This document shows positions 21,101 through 29,026 of a stretch of 64,000 nt of DNA, one piece after another. Numbering within the stretch: position 1 is the stretch's first letter; the number at the start of each line of letters is the position of its first letter. The DNA is from Nannocystis bainbridge. GTDB lineage: Bacteria; Myxococcota_A; Polyangia; Nannocystales; Nannocystaceae. Under the pieces are notes generated by a model that was not told where the DNA came from, made no database searches, and saw only the letters and a list, made by a program, of their open reading frames with translations. The translations under genes were made by a program, and so were the position numbers. The stretch spans positions 800,001 through 864,000 of the forward strand of contig NZ_JAQNDL010000003.1 in assembly GCF_028368995.1 (NCBI RefSeq), read 5' to 3'.

Positions 21101-23354
21101 CGAGACCTACTCGACGAGCGGAAAACCACGGCAGGGCGCATCAGAGAGCGACGCGGCTGAGCCCGAGGACCGCGACCAGCGCATGGCCGACCTCCCGCCA
21201 GCGACGACCGACGAGACTCGCCCACGTGCGGGACAGGCTGCCGCCAAACAGCTCGCGCGCAGACTTCGGGCCTTGCTGAGCGGCGTCAAGATCGGGCGCT
21301 TCCGGTATCACACGCCGCATAGCGAGGCGAGCGGGGACGAAGTCGAGATTGACTTCGTAGGCGAGTCGCCGGACGCACCGATTCTCACTCTGCGCGCGGC
21401 GCCCCGGCAGGGCAGCGAGATCGATCTCCGGGGCGAGCTCGCCGACGAAGACGGCGAGCTCGTCGCCAGCTTCGGCTGGATCGCCATCGAGCTCCGGGAC
21501 CTTATCGCCATGAAAGAGACCTCGTTCGCGCACTGGTTCGGTATGCCCGTCGTCGCCGAGCCGAGGCTGTCGCCCGTGATGCGCGAGGCCCTCGCTGCGC
21601 TCCGCGCGGAGGAAGAAGCGAAGCCCTATGACATGTACTTCTGGCCAGGTGTCCATGATGCGACCCGGGACAGCCTGATCGCCCGTGGACTGGTAGAAGC
21701 CCTGGAGAACAAGAAGGGCGGAGCCCCCCACTTCAGGACGACCGCGGCGGGCCGGGCCAAGCTGGCCGAAATCGGAAGCCCAGTGGCAGCAACTGCCAGC
21801 GCGCCGCCCGTGAGCGACCCCGGCCAGCCCTACGAAGAGGCCCGCGGCGCGATCAAGGCGCTGGGCTTGCCGATCAAGAAGTACGCGTACTACGTCACCC
21901 AGGCCGAGACCGCGGTCGCCAGCGGCAAGAGCTACCTGCCCATCGTCGAGCGGGCGCGCAAGACTGCCGAGAAGCTCAAAGGCGACAGCGGCGACGGCAA
22001 GCCGAGGAGCCGCGTGGTTCCGCAAACCACAGGCTCCCGCCAACGGCTCGTCGACGTCGTGCTCGACACCTTCAACGCCTCGCCGCGCTGGCGCCTCGCC
22101 CAGCTACGCACGCGCCCCAACGGCCACGTGCTCGTCGTCTACCCCGAGGGCCGCGACCCGGACGGGGCGGTGGCCGCGATCGACATCGTCATGGAGGAGG
22201 TCGACGACGTCCGCTGGCTCGACGGAGGGGTCCCACGAGCCGACCAGGACACGATCATGGAGCGCCTCGACCGTGCTCTGTGGGCCGCCTTCGAAGTGCG
22301 CGAGGAGGAGGAACGAACGAGCCAAGCCGACAAGGAGGGAGCCGACAAGGAGGGAGCCGAAACTCCCTCGCCCATCCAGGGACTCATCGAAATGATGGAG
22401 CGGCGCAGCAAGTCCCTCGGGGCACGTTCAGACATCAGCCTCGACCTCGCGCGCGGCGACGGCTACGGGCAAATCGCGGAGGCCCTGCGCGACCTCGCCG
22501 AACCGTCTGGTCCCGCCGTCGACGAACTCGAGCGCTGGCTCGAGTCGGCGCAGCTCATGGACGCGGCCCTTGTGCTGCGTCGCCGCCAGGACGCGCCGCC
22601 CCGGGAACTTCTCGCCAATCTGTGGACCGAGGTTCTATCCGCGCTCCCGCTTGATGAGATCGAGGTGGCGGAGTCCGGCGAAATGCTTGTGCCCGAGGGT
22701 GCGCTGTTCGGTGAGATCCGCAAGGAGTTCGTCCTCGAGCGAGTAGAGGACAACGGGCGCGTGTCGTTGCGGCGGATCAGTGTCTTCATGACCCCTGACA
22801 TGGAGGGCTCTCCAGCCGAGCGCACCGAGCGCGCACGCCGCAAGGCGTTTGAGCCGGAGGCAGAGCGCGCCGAGGACGAGCGTGTGTTCTGGATCGAGGA
22901 CTTCAAGGGCCGTGTGAACGAAGGATCCCGCGTGCATCGACGGTTGCGTGACGCAAAGTTCTTCGTCGATCTCTACAGAAGGATCGGCGACTTCCACGAC
23001 AACCTTCTTCGAGCACCGAAGACCCTCCAGGATGTCCGCATGCTGCTCTACTGGACGGCGGCCATGCTCGACGCCCCATTGTGCCAGGGAGACGTCAAGG
23101 CGCGGGCAATCATCGCTTTCGAGCAGGCCAAGGCGTATTACGACACCGCCCGCAGCCGGCTGATTGAGGGCAGCACCGCCGATGCCGTCCGCCGCCTGCA
23201 CGAGGCCATGCGGCGGATCAGCGCCGCGGCGGCCGAGATAGCAAAGAGTTGCGGCGAGGGGCAGATCGACATCGCCGTCACGCCGCCGCACCTGCCGGTG
23301 CGACCCGAGGACAAGGCCGCGATCGAGGGCGGCGAGGTGGAGGTGAGACCATGA
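15126..23354 (+). CDS. Giant DarB-like polyvalent protein: N6-adenine DNA methyltransferase + SNF2-type helicase
   Basis: YSGWGG, EYYTP, LEPSAGVG, NPPY (MTase); FDVGVGKT, DEAAAFKN, LTATPAKNS, QRNGRAVRQGN (SF2 helicase). Confidence 0.9.
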   Translation: MTPAAILDKLLPRWRTKLSPNYSPEYIDGFIQRNRPMLEAVVARTMMLRRIKRGDPPKTVDEFAVYAKLVARERPKDAEPDAAVVKRVLKRMDKMLARKGDPAGQEAAGAFGVEYAELRAEAILLRRAGWDAVPLLLRRPSLALFSAGSVVVVRDAQKSLHFFPGLEDSGEKIRADVAEVQRRVLQLRDGIVDAARFDRYAMALWTRARAGGTSATPSREIETPPDLRDKSWRTEANLQAMRLVLSKEPGELTAEDLQALAQYSGWGGLSIDSVKKMLPPELVPESFGLIHEYYTPTAITESIAEALCSLLPELAGNDGIVRALEPSAGVGRLIRAFSPRRCLALEAGGQIKKIAWTAVEFSKVSSTLLRALRPDVDLYHLPFERWVRDEGPRYQGTFGLIVSNPPYGERGAMAREDPDEFYKEKRAFAYFMRRALDLLVPGGVGVFLIPAGFMSGNLNRNLREKLLRRHHLLGAFRLPSHDRKGRETVPGASVVMDVVFWRSRGGELTEVDPADDFILDGDYFKHHPDHVLGKEDGSFAGDDEAGMARSWRYKVTGDFKGLPPIEPRPVCTACVLTSIVQRDDVGTFQTVAREDDGIPADVDEDLRPALELGRRVGRYLVAVGADEADRAAQLWPELHTALRDFSTSFGNPWRSKPLRELAEGRRKLATAQQVLNAFEKTGSVVPALREAPAVAPKFSGQPDDVIAQAEGLFRQQRALTVAQLMSFHQRQGGTLSTEATLAALLAAGWNLDGDAWDQLLPSDAYLTGNDLWERHDRAVERARRGDEQAKVQARRLLEAIKPAVFDDLTDISPQHGYVPLDLVAGWISATLNGRYGAIELERKGGFVQVRGHDYTAENLPPMAPETLAFLGYYNHDPELFRPPQEKRERDAGPTSREDRAAKKQSLAERRLALAKKWDESFRAWVAADEARREQLVHAYNRIARGRVVPTFSPEPLDIVRWGSHAPKLKPHQIAGARRVLAQRGGLVAFDVGVGKTYTALAIIARARQEGWVRRPVILVPGSLVWKWHDDILCTLPDYRVVVIGSKRKRITRGVRKDVITSETDTPQERAKKWIALQTGQADVAVLSYDALARTKMNEDAVMAYVEQVEAVSRSIALRKRTLEEKAKNAKQRDKLTERERALLEHGVRAWVEEILALPSDWEYDPGVAWDELGIDMLVIDEAAAFKNLYKPQAREDGVPKFMGGGGEGSDRAWQVDFRAAAVRRQTGGAGIVLLTATPAKNSPLEFYNLIQFIDPAAFTRSGIRDPEQFIDRFLKIEYREVLDAAFDVTKKSAVTGFKNLDDLRTIIFTYGEFRTAAEVGLKLPRPLVETLTITMDEEQEAKYARYVAQIERILENPNPEGGESYAILGLLARLSLIALHASLEDGYSYKTALEGGTVQKRVYQDGEPVEVTVRLGRPTYESPKLTECAKRVAASPHCGHIIFCEPTAVHQWMREVLVKHGIPRERIAILNAEETAPADRIRIAREFNGLSSEPPAPGTCARPTDSAIAPKYDVVIANSVAYEGIDLQVRTCTIHHLDLPWTPADLEQRNGRAVRQGNTLGTVQIFYYFADGSTDGYRFSLIDGKAGWLGELIKSQVRDTNNPAAQQQLTPEDILLMISRNKEKTRALLEEKRKRQVEEARARIAKEAARLLRQAAGRFRDARTSADPERAARLRDEGEQRLADLEQVSPDAWPWAPWMYAVRDADMIIPENGGAPVYEGLRVARPRAGAPDQLEYLEFGQIVSTDEGDKIGLRAAGSPGWQLIAYTGTLNGTPIAARELPRDGGPLWPDDDDARTGAAIEKKIDEVFRYGRFESLRWRGASDVWLEKWWPRFETPITEGLARSHQREQVPVVDAEGLAIATGAELRGASIVPPTRAGWQGFLELAPSSGESFTNLKDIGLAWWGRKVPQDLLSKQRNFLRHLIAPRLLDDPAYRNARENSDAQNARIENDKALGRVMLALFNEDPESHGELYRRFSDDEAFRRSLHEQAFAETYSTSGKPRQGASESDAAEPEDRDQRMADLPPATTDETRPRAGQAAAKQLARRLRALLSGVKIGRFRYHTPHSEASGDEVEIDFVGESPDAPILTLRAAPRQGSEIDLRGELADEDGELVASFGWIAIELRDLIAMKETSFAHWFGMPVVAEPRLSPVMREALAALRAEEEAKPYDMYFWPGVHDATRDSLIARGLVEALENKKGGAPHFRTTAAGRAKLAEIGSPVAATASAPPVSDPGQPYEEARGAIKALGLPIKKYAYYVTQAETAVASGKSYLPIVERARKTAEKLKGDSGDGKPRSRVVPQTTGSRQRLVDVVLDTFNASPRWRLAQLRTRPNGHVLVVYPEGRDPDGAVAAIDIVMEEVDDVRWLDGGVPRADQDTIMERLDRALWAAFEVREEEERTSQADKEGADKEGAETPSPIQGLIEMMERRSKSLGARSDISLDLARGDGYGQIAEALRDLAEPSGPAVDELERWLESAQLMDAALVLRRRQDAPPRELLANLWTEVLSALPLDEIEVAESGEMLVPEGALFGEIRKEFVLERVEDNGRVSLRRISVFMTPDMEGSPAERTERARRKAFEPEAERAEDERVFWIEDFKGRVNEGSRVHRRLRDAKFFVDLYRRIGDFHDNLLRAPKTLQDVRMLLYWTAAMLDAPLCQGDVKARAIIAFEQAKAYYDTARSRLIEGSTADAVRRLHEAMRRISAAAAEIAKSCGEGQIDIAVTPPHLPVRPEDKAAIEGGEVEVRP

Positions 23355-23545
23355 CCGAACAACAGTTCATGCAGCGGACGCAGGAGCGGATCGAGCAGCT
23401 CCGCGACGAGCAACGGCGCCTCCATGAGCGGCTGGCGACGGACCTGAGGCAGATGCAGGGCCTGAGGATGGGCCTCGGCGTCCTCGCGGGTACCCTCGCG
23501 CTGGGCCTCGGCCTGAGCGTCGGCTACCAGATCGGGAGGCGATGA
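23351..23545 (+). CDS. Small coiled-coil tail-anchored protein
   Basis: ATGA overlap; ends GLGVLAGTLALGLGLSVGYQIGRR. Confidence 0.75.
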   Translation: MTEQQFMQRTQERIEQLRDEQRRLHERLATDLRQMQGLRMGLGVLAGTLALGLGLSVGYQIGRR

Positions 23546-23546
23546 G

Positions 23547-23753
23547 ATGGCCGAAGCACTCACCAAGTCGCAGTCGGAGGTCGACAACGTGCTGTTCGAC
23601 GCTACCGAACACCAGCGAACGTTTGCCCTCAATTACGGCGACGCCGTCGATAAGCTCAGGCGCAAGCTCGTTCACGAGGTCACGATCGCCACGACGGTGG
23701 GACTCGTGCTCGGGGGTCTCGTCGGCACGATTGTCGGCATGAGGAGGCGCTGA
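23547..23753 (+). CDS. Small tail-anchored protein
   Basis: Ends IATTVGLVLGGLVGTIVGMRRR. Confidence 0.75.
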   Translation: MAEALTKSQSEVDNVLFDATEHQRTFALNYGDAVDKLRRKLVHEVTIATTVGLVLGGLVGTIVGMRRR

Positions 23754-23755
23754 CC

Positions 23756-24649
23756 ATGGCTCGCTCATCCGAGTGGGAGAAGCTGGAGATGGCGCAGGGC
23801 GACCCGAAACCCACATGGCCGCTGCCGACGGTGACACCGAAGTTTGCGACCTGGAGCGTCGGCGGCGGCAGGCCCTACGGCTGCGAGACCGACAAGTGCG
23901 AGCGATGGCACGCAGGCGTCGATCTCACCGGCGCACCGGATGGCGCGCTGATCCTCGCGCCCGAGGACGCGCTGGTCGTCGGCATCGATCGCGGCTGGAG
24001 CGAGGGCTCCAAGGCGGCGTTCCTGCGCACCAGCTCGGGCCTGTTCGTGGTGCTCGGGGGCTTCAAGGCCGGCTCGCACAAGGAATACGGCATCACGACC
24101 GGCCAGCAGGTGCGCAAGGGCGACAAGCTCGGGCGCGTGCTCGGCTCCTACGGGATGATTCACCTCGAAACGTACATCTCCGAGACGCGCACCGCGAACT
24201 CCGTGTGGTGGAGGACCGAACCCCCGCCGGACGGTTTGATGAACCCGACCAACTACGTCGAGCGGATGGTCGGCGACAAGGTCTCCCTGCTCCAGACGCA
24301 GCAGCGACTCGAGGCGCTCAAGACCCTCGGCTACTACAAGGGCGACCTCAGCGCGACGTGGGGGGCGACCTCCACGGAGGCGCTACGCGCCGCCCAGGCG
24401 GCTCTCGGGATTGGGGTCGACGGCAAGTGGGGACCCGAGACGGAGGATGCGATCCAGCGCGCCCTGGCCACGATCCAGGGCTGCTCCGCCGATGAGTGCA
24501 GCCCCTCGAGCGGCAGCGCGGTCACAGATGGGGCGAGCTCGGATCCTCTGAGAGCCGTCAGCCGGGTCGGCTGGTGGATCATCGGCGGCGCGACCGTCGC
24601 CGGCGTCGCCATCGGTCTTGCGGTAGCAATGCGAGCCCGCGAGGAGTAG
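23756..24649 (+). CDS. M23-family peptidase + peptidoglycan-binding domain + C-terminal anchor
   Basis: WHAGVDL (HxxxD), GQQVRKGDKLG, IHLE; PG-binding VDGKWGPET; ends WWIIGGATVAGVAIGLAVAMRAR. Confidence 0.8.
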   Translation: MARSSEWEKLEMAQGDPKPTWPLPTVTPKFATWSVGGGRPYGCETDKCERWHAGVDLTGAPDGALILAPEDALVVGIDRGWSEGSKAAFLRTSSGLFVVLGGFKAGSHKEYGITTGQQVRKGDKLGRVLGSYGMIHLETYISETRTANSVWWRTEPPPDGLMNPTNYVERMVGDKVSLLQTQQRLEALKTLGYYKGDLSATWGATSTEALRAAQAALGIGVDGKWGPETEDAIQRALATIQGCSADECSPSSGSAVTDGASSDPLRAVSRVGWWIIGGATVAGVAIGLAVAMRAREE

Positions 24650-24680
24650 CGGGTACCTCTCGTAAGGATGGAGGATAAAC

Positions 24681-25034
24681 ATGAATGACCAACGTCGCAT
24701 GCCGACTCTCGCGACAGAACTGTCGGTGTTCTCGTGCCATCAATCCGAGCTCATCGCTGGCGTCTTGAGCAAGCACCCGAACCTCGCTTCACTCCTGGTA
24801 CGGATCGCGGAGCAGGTTTCGCGCGTTTTCAGGAGCGAGACGGTCAAGCAGCTTCGACTGCGCCCCAGCTCGGGGCCATACCCTGCCGAGGATGTCGGTC
24901 TCGTGGTGGATATCGTCGTTACCGCAGATGAGTCAGATGCCCGCGCATCGCTCGGCCGATTCGACGAAGAGTGGTGGTTCGAGGCGTCGGGGCGGTGTCC
25001 CGTCGAGATCGTCATCGACATCCGCCGGGAATGA
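24681..25034 (+). CDS. Hypothetical protein
   Basis: GGAGG RBS; 117 aa; FDEEWW motif. Confidence 0.65.
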   Translation: MNDQRRMPTLATELSVFSCHQSELIAGVLSKHPNLASLLVRIAEQVSRVFRSETVKQLRLRPSSGPYPAEDVGLVVDIVVTADESDARASLGRFDEEWWFEASGRCPVEIVIDIRRE

Positions 25035-25043
25035 GAGTGTGCC

Positions 25044-25721
25044 ATGAATCGTGCGTTCCTCGTCACCGCTCTCGTCACCGGCTCGGCACTGGTCGGCGCA
25101 GGCTATCTCCTGCGCAGCAGACCGCATGGGCGAGCGTTGCCTTCGAGCATCATTCCAATCGTCACGCCGGTGATCGACGTAAGGGTGGCGGAGCACGTGC
25201 TCGGGGTGATGGAGCGTCTCCCGGGAGACGAAGTCACGCTGCTCCTTCACACCGCCGGCGGGTGCGTGACGTCGTGCGTGATGATCGCCAATGCATTGCG
25301 AGAATTCGAGCGCTCGACGGCGATCGTCCCCTACATGGCGCTCTCGGGTGGCACGCTGATCGCCCTCAACGCACAGCAGCTCGAGATGGGCCGCGGGGCG
25401 TCGCTCTCGGCGGTCGACCCCATCGTCAGCGGACAACGGGCCCGACACCTGCCTGACGAAGAACCGCCGAGCGGAATCGCCGCGATCGCCCGTGAGTACG
25501 AGGTCGCCATGGCCCGGTACGTCCGCGAGACCCTGGCCGCGCGGCTGCCAGAAATGGGTGAGTCAGCGGTCAAGCGCGCGATGGACGTGTTCATGGGAGA
25601 GCACGCGCCGCACGAATGGCCGATCCGCCGGCAAGAGGTCGAGGCGCTCGGTCTTACTGTCGGCCCGGCGGCGCGTTCCTGGGCTGAAATGGTCGATGTG
25701 TATCGAAAGAGGTGGTGGTGA
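25044..25721 (+). CDS. SDH-family Clp-fold serine protease with N-terminal anchor
   Basis: LLLHTAGG, VPYMALSGGTLIAL, LSAVDP, HEWPI. Confidence 0.8.
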   Translation: MNRAFLVTALVTGSALVGAGYLLRSRPHGRALPSSIIPIVTPVIDVRVAEHVLGVMERLPGDEVTLLLHTAGGCVTSCVMIANALREFERSTAIVPYMALSGGTLIALNAQQLEMGRGASLSAVDPIVSGQRARHLPDEEPPSGIAAIAREYEVAMARYVRETLAARLPEMGESAVKRAMDVFMGEHAPHEWPIRRQEVEALGLTVGPAARSWAEMVDVYRKRWW

Positions 25722-25933
25722 TGTCGGAAATGAGCGAGCAGACCGTAGCGAAGGTGACCTGCGAGGCGCCAGGCGAGGAGCAGCCTCGCGTCGAGGTCCT
25801 GAGCGAAGCACTCTGCACCGCGTCCGAGCTGCGCCAGGCGGTCATCGCCGGCGCGATCACCTCGGGGATCTTCTGCACGATCGTGGGCATGGGTATCGGC
25901 TACTTGCTCGCCCCGCGCAGGGGGAGGGATTAG
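25721..25933 (+). CDS. Small tail-anchored protein
   Basis: Ends VIAGAITSGIFCTIVGMGIGYLLAPRRGRD. Confidence 0.7.
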   Translation: MSEMSEQTVAKVTCEAPGEEQPRVEVLSEALCTASELRQAVIAGAITSGIFCTIVGMGIGYLLAPRRGRD

Positions 25934-25935
25934 CG

Positions 25936-26229
25936 ATGCAGTTCTCGATGCTCAACCTGCTGGCGGGCCGCCGGCACCAGCTCGGCGCCCTGGTATTGAT
26001 GCGCGGCGAGACCTTCATCGAGACGATCGAAGAGGGCGGCATGGCCGTGTTCCTCGTGCTGCGCGGTACGGCGACGGTCTCGCGCCAGCGCGCGGGAGCC
26101 CAGGCCGGTCTGCACCTGACGCCGCGCCTCGGTGAACCCGTGTGGCTGACGAGCCCGGGGACCTACTGCGTGGTCGCCAAGGATCAGGTCGTCGGCGTGC
26201 GGATGCTGAAGACGGGAGGTGGATCTTGA
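25936..26229 (+). CDS. Small beta-rich (cupin-like) hypothetical protein
   Basis: GGGAGG RBS; AVFLVLRGTATV. Confidence 0.6.
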   Translation: MQFSMLNLLAGRRHQLGALVLMRGETFIETIEEGGMAVFLVLRGTATVSRQRAGAQAGLHLTPRLGEPVWLTSPGTYCVVAKDQVVGVRMLKTGGGS

Positions 26230-26819
26230 GCTTCGGCGGGCTCGAGATGGAGACCGCGCCGGAGACGGCGAGCTTCCGGCACTACCGCCGCCGGATGTGG
26301 CAGGCGATCCGCACACGGTTCGAGGAGGCGGTGGTCGGAGCGCGAATGCTGGGCCTCGACGACGACGAGGCGTGCAAGGTCGCCGCGCGATCTATCCGGG
26401 GGGACATCCGTGCCTTCATGTCGGAGCTCTTGACGCTCGCCCCGGTGCCGGCGCTCCTCGAGTTCCTCCCCGCTGGCCGGGACTGGGGTACGGCCGGTGA
26501 GCGGCTGTTTCAGCAAAGCGACGCGGTCACGGCGCTGATTGATAGCGCGTACCCGCGACCGACCTGGACCGAGCTCGGCTCCTTGAGCCCGCAAGCTGCC
26601 GAGGACGACGCGCAGTGGTCGGCCTGGGCGACATCGTGGGCCGCGACGCTCGGTGCCACCGACTCCGCGGCCGAGAAGGCGCTGGCCCCTGAACCGGCCA
26701 CTTCGACGATGTCCGATGCGAAGGAGCCCTGGTCGCTGCGGAGGTGGGCCCCATGGCTCGCCAGCGCGGCGGCGGTGATCAGTGCCACCACGATCGTGGT
26801 GGCGACGACGAGGAAATAG
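26226..26819 (+). CDS. Tail-anchored protein
   Basis: TTG 26226 or ATG 26247; ends RRWAPWLASAAAVISATTIVVATTRK. Confidence 0.7.
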   Translation: MSFGGLEMETAPETASFRHYRRRMWQAIRTRFEEAVVGARMLGLDDDEACKVAARSIRGDIRAFMSELLTLAPVPALLEFLPAGRDWGTAGERLFQQSDAVTALIDSAYPRPTWTELGSLSPQAAEDDAQWSAWATSWAATLGATDSAAEKALAPEPATSTMSDAKEPWSLRRWAPWLASAAAVISATTIVVATTRK

Positions 26820-26893
26820 GGCCCGAGGACCGAGCGCAGGGCTTCGGCCATCGGAGTGCGTGGGAGACGGGCAAGGGAGGCAGGAGGACAGCC

Positions 26894-28087
26894 ATGAAAA
26901 TCTTCGACGGTGTGGAACTGAAGCCAGCATTGAGTCCGACCATGCAAGGGGCCATCTCGTGGGCGCTCTTGATCGCCAACACGTTGATCGAGGCGGGAAA
27001 CTGCCGCGACGAGCGACAGGCCAGGGAGTCGGGGACGACAAGGCCGACCACGCTCGAGCAAGTGATGCAGCAGTCGGGCCTTCGGATCCCCGGGATCGAG
27101 GAGGCGCTCCAGGAATTGATGGGCGGTACCGAGGAAGCCAAGCAGGCCGCCGAGCTGCTCATCAACAATCCCGATCCGGCGGTGCTCTTGCAGAAGTTCG
27201 CCCAGCACTTCGGACTCACAATCATGGCGGAGCCAGCCGCACCCGCCACCGCGGCAGCGCCCCAAGCAAGCGCCTCGACGACGCCGCCATCACCGGCGTG
27301 CCCGCCGTTCGGATCGCCGAGCTCGGTCCCACCCACGATGGCCGCGCCCGCCGCTTCGGCGATCCGGGCAACACCGCATTCTCGTCCGGACCTCACTCAC
27401 CAGGCCCGCGACGCCGCCCCGCACCCCATGGACGCGCCCGCCTTGCGGCCGCCACAGTTCCGGGCCGACTTCACCCGCGAGGCCCGTGAGGCCGTGAAGG
27501 CCACCGCAAGCGCTTCTCCACCCGAGAGCACCTCCAAGTCGCCCGAGTCCGCCGACTCCCGCGCCTCGCTGGTCGAGATGGTTGAGCGCCAGCTCGGGGC
27601 GCTGCGTCGCAGGATGGAGATGCACCAGGCCGAGATCGATGAACGTATCGGTCATGCGGAGTCCGAGCTCGGCGCCCTGCGGGAGCGGCTCCGCGAGCTC
27701 CTCACGGCTCCGCGGCCGCGCGCGCGCGAACCTGTCCCTGCGACCATGGCCGCCGCTTTCGAGGTGCCAACAGTCGTCGAGCCTCGAGTAGCATCCGCGA
27801 GGGATAGCACGCCTGAGCGCCAGCCCCCTGCAGCGGAGACCGGAGGCGGCAGCGCCGTCGAGAGGTTTGAGGATGTCGCCGAGCCGCTTCCACTCGTGGC
27901 GACCGAGAACGAAGTCGTCCACGCTGTCGAGCTCGTTGGCGCCTTCGGAGACGAGGTCGAGGCGCAACACAGGCAGAGCACCACGCGTCTCAGTCGGGTC
28001 GAGCACGAACTTCACGTGATGCGTGATCTCGTCGCGCGCGCTGAAGAGGTGGCGCAGTCCGAGGAAGCAGGGGCGGCAAGTGGCTGA
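26894..28087 (+). CDS. Coiled-coil, Pro/Ala-rich hypothetical protein
   Basis: AGGAGG RBS; heptad-like segments. Confidence 0.7.
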   Translation: MKIFDGVELKPALSPTMQGAISWALLIANTLIEAGNCRDERQARESGTTRPTTLEQVMQQSGLRIPGIEEALQELMGGTEEAKQAAELLINNPDPAVLLQKFAQHFGLTIMAEPAAPATAAAPQASASTTPPSPACPPFGSPSSVPPTMAAPAASAIRATPHSRPDLTHQARDAAPHPMDAPALRPPQFRADFTREAREAVKATASASPPESTSKSPESADSRASLVEMVERQLGALRRRMEMHQAEIDERIGHAESELGALRERLRELLTAPRPRAREPVPATMAAAFEVPTVVEPRVASARDSTPERQPPAAETGGGSAVERFEDVAEPLPLVATENEVVHAVELVGAFGDEVEAQHRQSTTRLSRVEHELHVMRDLVARAEEVAQSEEAGAASG

Positions 28088-28910
28088 CAACAAAGATGTC
28101 GCCGTCCTGGCGAAGAAAGTCTACGAGCTCACGACGCTGAACCCTGACGAGCTCGAGGTCCGCAAGTGGGAGGCCCTGTTGATCGTCAACGCCGTGATCA
28201 GCTCGGCGACACCTGCCGGCATCGCCAAGGCCCACGGCGACAAGGACGCCCGCTGGGGTGCGCAGATCCAACAGGAGGGGATCCTGTCGAGGCTCCACCC
28301 GAAATGGCTGCTGCGTACCGACGACGGCAAGCCCCCGGCGCTCCAGCATGTGTTGGAGAGCGCCTTGGACAATCCGTGCCGCGACCTCCGCACCCGCCTC
28401 CAGATGCTCCAGCTCATCCTACCGGCAGATCGTGAGCCGCTGACCGAACTCGTGCGAGCCTTTCAAGCGGACGCGTGGGCGGGTGCGCGGGGAGAAGCGC
28501 GCGAGCAGTTCGTCACGAAGATGCGCGGGATTTCGAAGGAGTGGTTTCGGGACCCGTGGCTGACAGTGCTGCCCCGCGACGGTCACCCGCCGCCCGTCTC
28601 GCTCCTGGTCGAGAACCAGGGCCCGACCCACGACGGGGGCTGGCACGACGACCCCTCCGACGACACATCCTGGGAGCAGGCCAAGTTCGGCTGGGCCGAT
28701 GCGATACGCACCTGGGACGTGGACTTCCTGCGCGATAACCCGCTGAGCGAGCTTTACCTGACCGTGGAGGAGACGGCGAGCGAGGTCGCGTCGGGAGCCA
28801 ACGAAGCAGCGAGGGGCATTGCCACGATTCTGAAGTGGGCCCCTTACCTCGCCGCGGGGATCGCCGTCCTCGGTCTGACCACGGCGGCCGTGGTCGCCGT
28901 GCGGCGGTGA
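28080..28910 (+). CDS. Tail-anchored protein
   Basis: GTG overlap; ends LKWAPYLAAGIAVLGLTTAAVVAVRR. Confidence 0.75.
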   Translation: MADNKDVAVLAKKVYELTTLNPDELEVRKWEALLIVNAVISSATPAGIAKAHGDKDARWGAQIQQEGILSRLHPKWLLRTDDGKPPALQHVLESALDNPCRDLRTRLQMLQLILPADREPLTELVRAFQADAWAGARGEAREQFVTKMRGISKEWFRDPWLTVLPRDGHPPPVSLLVENQGPTHDGGWHDDPSDDTSWEQAKFGWADAIRTWDVDFLRDNPLSELYLTVEETASEVASGANEAARGIATILKWAPYLAAGIAVLGLTTAAVVAVRR

Positions 28911-29026
28911 GCTCGGCGGACGACGAGCATAGAACGAAGGGATGCGTCCGCGCGGCGCGAAGGGAGAAGTCGGGATGGTCATCGCGTTCTACAACGATCT
29001 GGGCGGCATCAACGGGGAGCGTCGCC

